A DNA stretch of 61,439 nt, counting the filler, from Collodictyon triciliatum (Eukaryota), in the NCBI GenBank assembly GCA_043381765.1. It is 5 parts of 5 records of this genome, joined end to end, with 100 filler letters (N's around TTAATTAATTAA, not from the genome) between each part and the next. Parts side by side here need not be neighbours in the genome. Positions count along the whole stretch, not along the records: positions 56,968 to 61,439 come from JBHJMP010002004.1; 4 more parts are not named here. One strand, 5' to 3'. The notes beneath the pieces were generated by a model. That model was given only the letters and a program-made list of their open reading frames with translations, had not been told where the DNA came from and did not search any database. This document shows, piece by piece, positions 57,058 to 61,439 of the stretch. How positions within the stretch are numbered: position 1 is the first letter of the stretch; every line of letters begins with the position of its first letter. Both the position numbers and the translations under genes were made by a program.

Positions 57058-57794
57058 AAAAAAAAGGAAAAAAATCTACGTTATAAGAACACAAAAAAGG
57101 TCTACACTTTTTGATGGAATGTGTTAGAGAACGATTTATGCTTGTGGAGCTAAAAATATATTCTATTCTCGCTGAGAAGACTTTATGGACTTTGTTCTTA
57201 TTTCATAAGAGTGAATCTTATCCTTTCCCTCTCAAATCATATTATTTTCATAAAAACGATCCAATCTTAAAAAGAAATAATAATGAGTATAGATAAAAAC
57301 AGAAATATCATATTAATGAATTTAAGAGATAAATCAACAAGACAACTCACTTAAATGATTAAGATATGCCGCTATATGCTCAAAGAAATCGAGAGACAAA
57401 AGCATCCCTTACATCAGAAAAAGTCAATATCACTTGTTATTAAGGGCGAGTAAGACAAATAAAAGTGAGTTAGCAAAGTCTTCAACGTCTATTAAAAGGA
57501 AATATTAGGTGAATTATTGCAGACGATTTTCCTCAAACTGAAAGGATTCGTCAAGGATAAAAAAAAAAAGTATAAGTTTATATATATTCAAAAGGTAGAC
57601 TTATATAAGCTTCANNNNNNNNNNNNNNNNNNNNNNNNNNNNNNNNNNNNNNNNNNNNNNNNNNNNNNNNNNNNNNNNNNNNNNNNNNNNNNNNNNNNNN
57701 NNNNNNNNNNNNNNNNNNNNNNNGGATGAAGAGATTAATAGTACATTATAAAAGACATATTTTTTTTCAGAGAAAGAGGATAAAAAAATTATAC

Positions 57795-58524
57795 CTGATA
57801 TACTGCCAGAACGCGATTGAAGCGCTGAACCGAAATCCATTTTTCCTCTACAACCTTATATATACAGGAAACTTCCATCACGATTTACTGAACAGAAACA
57901 AAATGTTATGCGCGATATATATAAAAACTAAATAAATTCAAAGCAACACAATAGAACACAGAATAAAATAACATAAAATAACATAAAATAACATAAAATA
58001 GAATAAAATAGAATAAAATAGAATAAAATAGAATAAAATAGAATAAAATAGAATAAAATAGAATAAAATAGAATAAAATAGAATAAAATAGAATAGAATG
58101 AATAAAGCATGATTCAACTAAAAAAGGAACTATAGCAGAATGAACACATAAACACATGGCGTGTGCCACAACCAACCAGCTGCTGCTTAATCATGGCGAT
58201 TTGCGCGACAGGTCCGCCGAAAGCGCGGAGGCCAAAGGAGGTGAACATGAGGAAGAGAGACCAAAGCGACAACACCGGAGCCACAAACGTCTCAGCCTGC
58301 TCCACATCGGCAGGAGTGTTTTGCGGAGGTTCCTTCCAAGCAGAAGTGTTCGGCTGTGCGGGAGTTGCGTGAGGATCAGTGTTTGCAGGCTGCACAGCTT
58401 TCATTTCAACGGGCTCGGGAAGAAGTCCTGCAGTGTCGTTGTCTCTCAGCATAGCGCGCTTGCTTGAGATGAAACAACAAGGGTTAGCTTTGCGTGTTTG
58501 TTGGTAGTCTTGTCCCTTTAACAT
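57795..58524 (-). CDS. Chromate ion transporter (CHR family), N-terminal exons only
   Basis: LFLMFTSFGLRAFGGPVAQIAMIKQQLV|EEKWISVQRFNRVLAVYQ matches the CHR FGGP...WIS motif; start at 58524 or 58452. Confidence 0.85.
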
Positions 58525-59234
58525 ATCTCTTTTGTGCAAGGTCTTTTTGTTTTTTGCTTTTTTTTTTTCTTTTGTTTTTGACGTTGTGGGTCTTTGACTA
58601 AAGTTGAAGGGAATCTGTCAATGTGGCCCACTTTGGCTTGTTTATTAATGGCAAGTGGAAGGTGCTTTCTTTTTTACTTCCTTTTCTTATTTTTTTTTTA
58701 ATATGTTTTGTTGAGGTGAAGGGGAGAACATAGTTGGGCGGACTGTGTTTGGCTGTGTTGACAAGGCAGTTGTCTCGGTCCACGGTGGCTGGTCTGTGAG
58801 AATGAAGCGTGTCTGCTTTTCCTTCTTTTTTTAATTACGCTAATGATTGCATGATTGTCGGGGTACTGGCTGTCTTTTTTTCTTTTTTATATGTGTGAGT
58901 TGGGAACACTTGTGGGATCGTTTCTTGTTTTCGTGTGCTACGCTGCAGATGTCGCGGCGTTTCTGAACCACAGAAAAGAACGGGGCTGCAAAACTGGAAG
59001 CAGAAGGCATATGCGATGTTCATATGTGGAATTCATATGTTTATCAACTACGAGAACTCGTTGTGACAGCCAAGGCAAACGGTTTGCATCGTCGCAGAAT
59101 AAGGCAAGGCAAGGCAAGGCAGCGTTAGTCTGGTATGTTATTGAATGAATGAGCAGGGTGATGCGTTTCTGGCGTGTCTGTGCTTAAAATGAATGATGCA
59201 GAACCTGGATTTGACAAAGATGTAATGAATCAAA

Positions 59235-59273
<39 letters not shown>

Positions 59274-60103
59274 NNNNNNNNNNNNNNNNNNNNNNNNNNN
59301 NNNNNNNNNNNNNNNNNNNNNNNNNNNNNNNNNNNNNNNNNNNNNNNNNNNNNNNNNNNNNNNNNNNNNNNNNNNNNNNNNNNNNNNNNNNNNNNNNNNN
59401 NNNNNNNNNNNNNNNNNNNNNNNNNNNNNNNNNNNNNNNNNNNNNNNNNNNNNNNNNNNNNNNNNNNNNNNNNNNNNNNNNNNNNNNNNNNNNNNNNNNN
59501 NNNNNNNNNNNNNNNNNNNNNNNNNNNNNNNNNNNNNNNNNNNNNNNNNNNNNNNNNNNNNNNNNNNNNNNNNNNNNNNNNNNNNNNNNNNNNNNNNNNN
59601 NNNNNNNNNNNNNNNNNNNNNNNNNNNNNNNNNNNNNNNNNNNNNNNNNNNNNNNNNNNNNNNNNNNNNNNNNNNNNNNNNNNNNNNNNNNNNNNNNNNN
59701 NNNNNNNNNNNNNNNNNNNNNNNNNNNNNNNNNNNNNNNNNNNNNNNNNNNNNNNNNNNNNNNNNNNNNNNNNNNNNNNNNNNNNNNNNNNNNNNNNNNN
59801 NNNNNNNNNNNNNNNNNNNNNNNNNNNNNNNNNNNNNNNNNNNNNNNNNNNNNNNNNNNNNNNNNNNNNNNNNNNNNNNNNNNNNNNNNNNNNNNNNNNN
59901 NNNNNNNNNNNNNNNNNNNNNNNNNNNNNNNNNNNNNNNNNNNNNNNNNNNNNNNNNNNNNNNNNNNNNNNNNNNNNNNNNNNNNNNNNNNNNNNNNNNN
60001 NNNNNNNNNNNNNNNNNNNNNNNNNNNNNNNNNNNNNNNNNNNNNNNNNNNNNNNNNNNNNNNNNNNNNNNNNNNNNNNNNNNNNNNNNNNNNNNNNNNN
60101 NNN

Positions 60104-60427
60104 ATTAAAATCATCATTAGTAGCAGCATCAGGGTCTGAAAGGAAGCATAGGACATCAAATGACGGATTATATTCGTCCATGAGTGAATCAAAAGGTTCC
60201 ATCGCACTAGTTTCATTTCTAACAAATGGTTCATGTTCATCTGAATGGATGGCGGGATGTCCAATATGCTCGGGTGTGTACGAACTTTGTGGTTGAAAAA
60301 GATAGGTAGATGAAAAGACATGTTGACTTTGTTGACCATTATCAAATACGGATTGATTGTCATCTGATGCATTTAAATCAGTCTCATACCCGCGAGGGAA
60401 AAAGTCATCATCTTTGAAGATGTCCAT
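60104..60427 (-). CDS. Acidic N-terminus of a hypothetical protein running into a gap
   Basis: Open frame of 108 codons from ATG 60427; no motif recognised. Confidence 0.4.
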
Positions 60428-61439
60428 ATTTTCTGTATATTCCTTTAAATCATATGTACTATTACTTCAAGTCAATTGTGAAAGATTTTTTTTCCACTAA
60501 TCGATTCGAGAAAATCATTTGTAAAAGACGACTTATTTTGAAATTAAAGAAAAAATGAATCATCTCAGCTTCGTTGGAGCATTATTATGTAAAATTATAT
60601 GTCAAATATTTGCTCTTATTATAATAAGAAAAAAAATGTTTCAGCTGCCCATAAAAACCTCAACCGTGGGTCTAGAAGGAGCAATATGAAAATATAATTA
60701 TTTTGTACTGACGAAGAGATATATAATTTTTTATCAGGATTTAATAAGTGTTTTGGCAGTCCACAACCTTCGACAAAGTGCCTAAGGTTAAAAAATATGA
60801 TCAAAACTATCAATAAAAAAATGCTTTAAAAAAACAACTAGAGATCCATTATCATTTCTGCCGACAATGAATAACTTTACACTACACTGCATGCTTGAGA
60901 TAAACTGTTACCCGCGATGCACTCACCAGGCTTAAAGGACAATCAAAAAGGTTGAACTAAATGTAGCTTTTACCAATACTATTTATCCCTTATGTATTAA
61001 ATATATTGCTTCCTATACTGACAGATGTTGTGCACGAGGGAATTCCGTGATATAGCCAAACATACATCGCTCTTGCAAGGGAAGGTTTTTTTTATTCTTG
61101 TAGTCTTAGCTGTTGAGCCCGTCTCAACAATCTTTCATTCAACCATCAGGCAAGTAGTTCCAAAGTAGGTGGTGATGTGCGGGAGATAGAAAAAGAAAAA
61201 CAAGGATAAAGATAAAAAGAAGGGAAAAGAGAGGTCCTTGAGGCTTGATAAGAGACGCATGGATTTCTTTTGGGGACGCGTGATAGTGTCCCACGAGTAT
61301 GAGAAAAAAAAGGGACGAGTGATATTGATTGGGTGGAGGGGGAATACTGCTTTGATGGCGCAAGGTGTCGAAAAGGATGGTGAAAAGAGAAGTGAGGTTC
61401 GTTTGATAAGCACTAGGTCGAGTGCAAAGAGGACTTCTC

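Noticed and set aside
60600-61439. Possible minus-strand exons at the right edge
   Set aside because: No recognisable motif or consistent gene model.

Overview
AT-rich, microsatellite-laden, intron-dense eukaryotic DNA, probably from a flagellated, aerobic protist (axonemal proteins, a complex I assembly factor and a tandem-type PFK). The window appears to be five contigs joined by artificial N44-TTAATTAATTAA-N44 spacers, so adjacency across spacers is not trustworthy. Genes traced by hand: an axonemal dynein light-chain-domain coiled-coil protein, a YbjN-like/beta-repeat/TKL kinase, a coiled-coil-CH-NACHT-like-TPR protein, a giant SHIPPO-repeat protein, a GIGYF-like C-terminus, an RRM protein, a pseudokinase-SEL1 protein, NDUFAF5, a ZIP transporter, the C-terminal part of PFK and the N-terminus of a chromate transporter. 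The most interesting signal is at 14505-15560. It holds two diverged ~240-250-nt copies of a sequence I cannot assign to any known RNA family, with short invariant blocks, compensatory helices and a possible pseudoknot. An oligo-T tract follows the terminal stem on the minus strand, and a very decayed Ty3/gypsy pol fossil lies beside it. Also notable are nine consecutive exact 126-nt one-TPR exons and several GC-AG introns. All calls are by eye; no searches were run.
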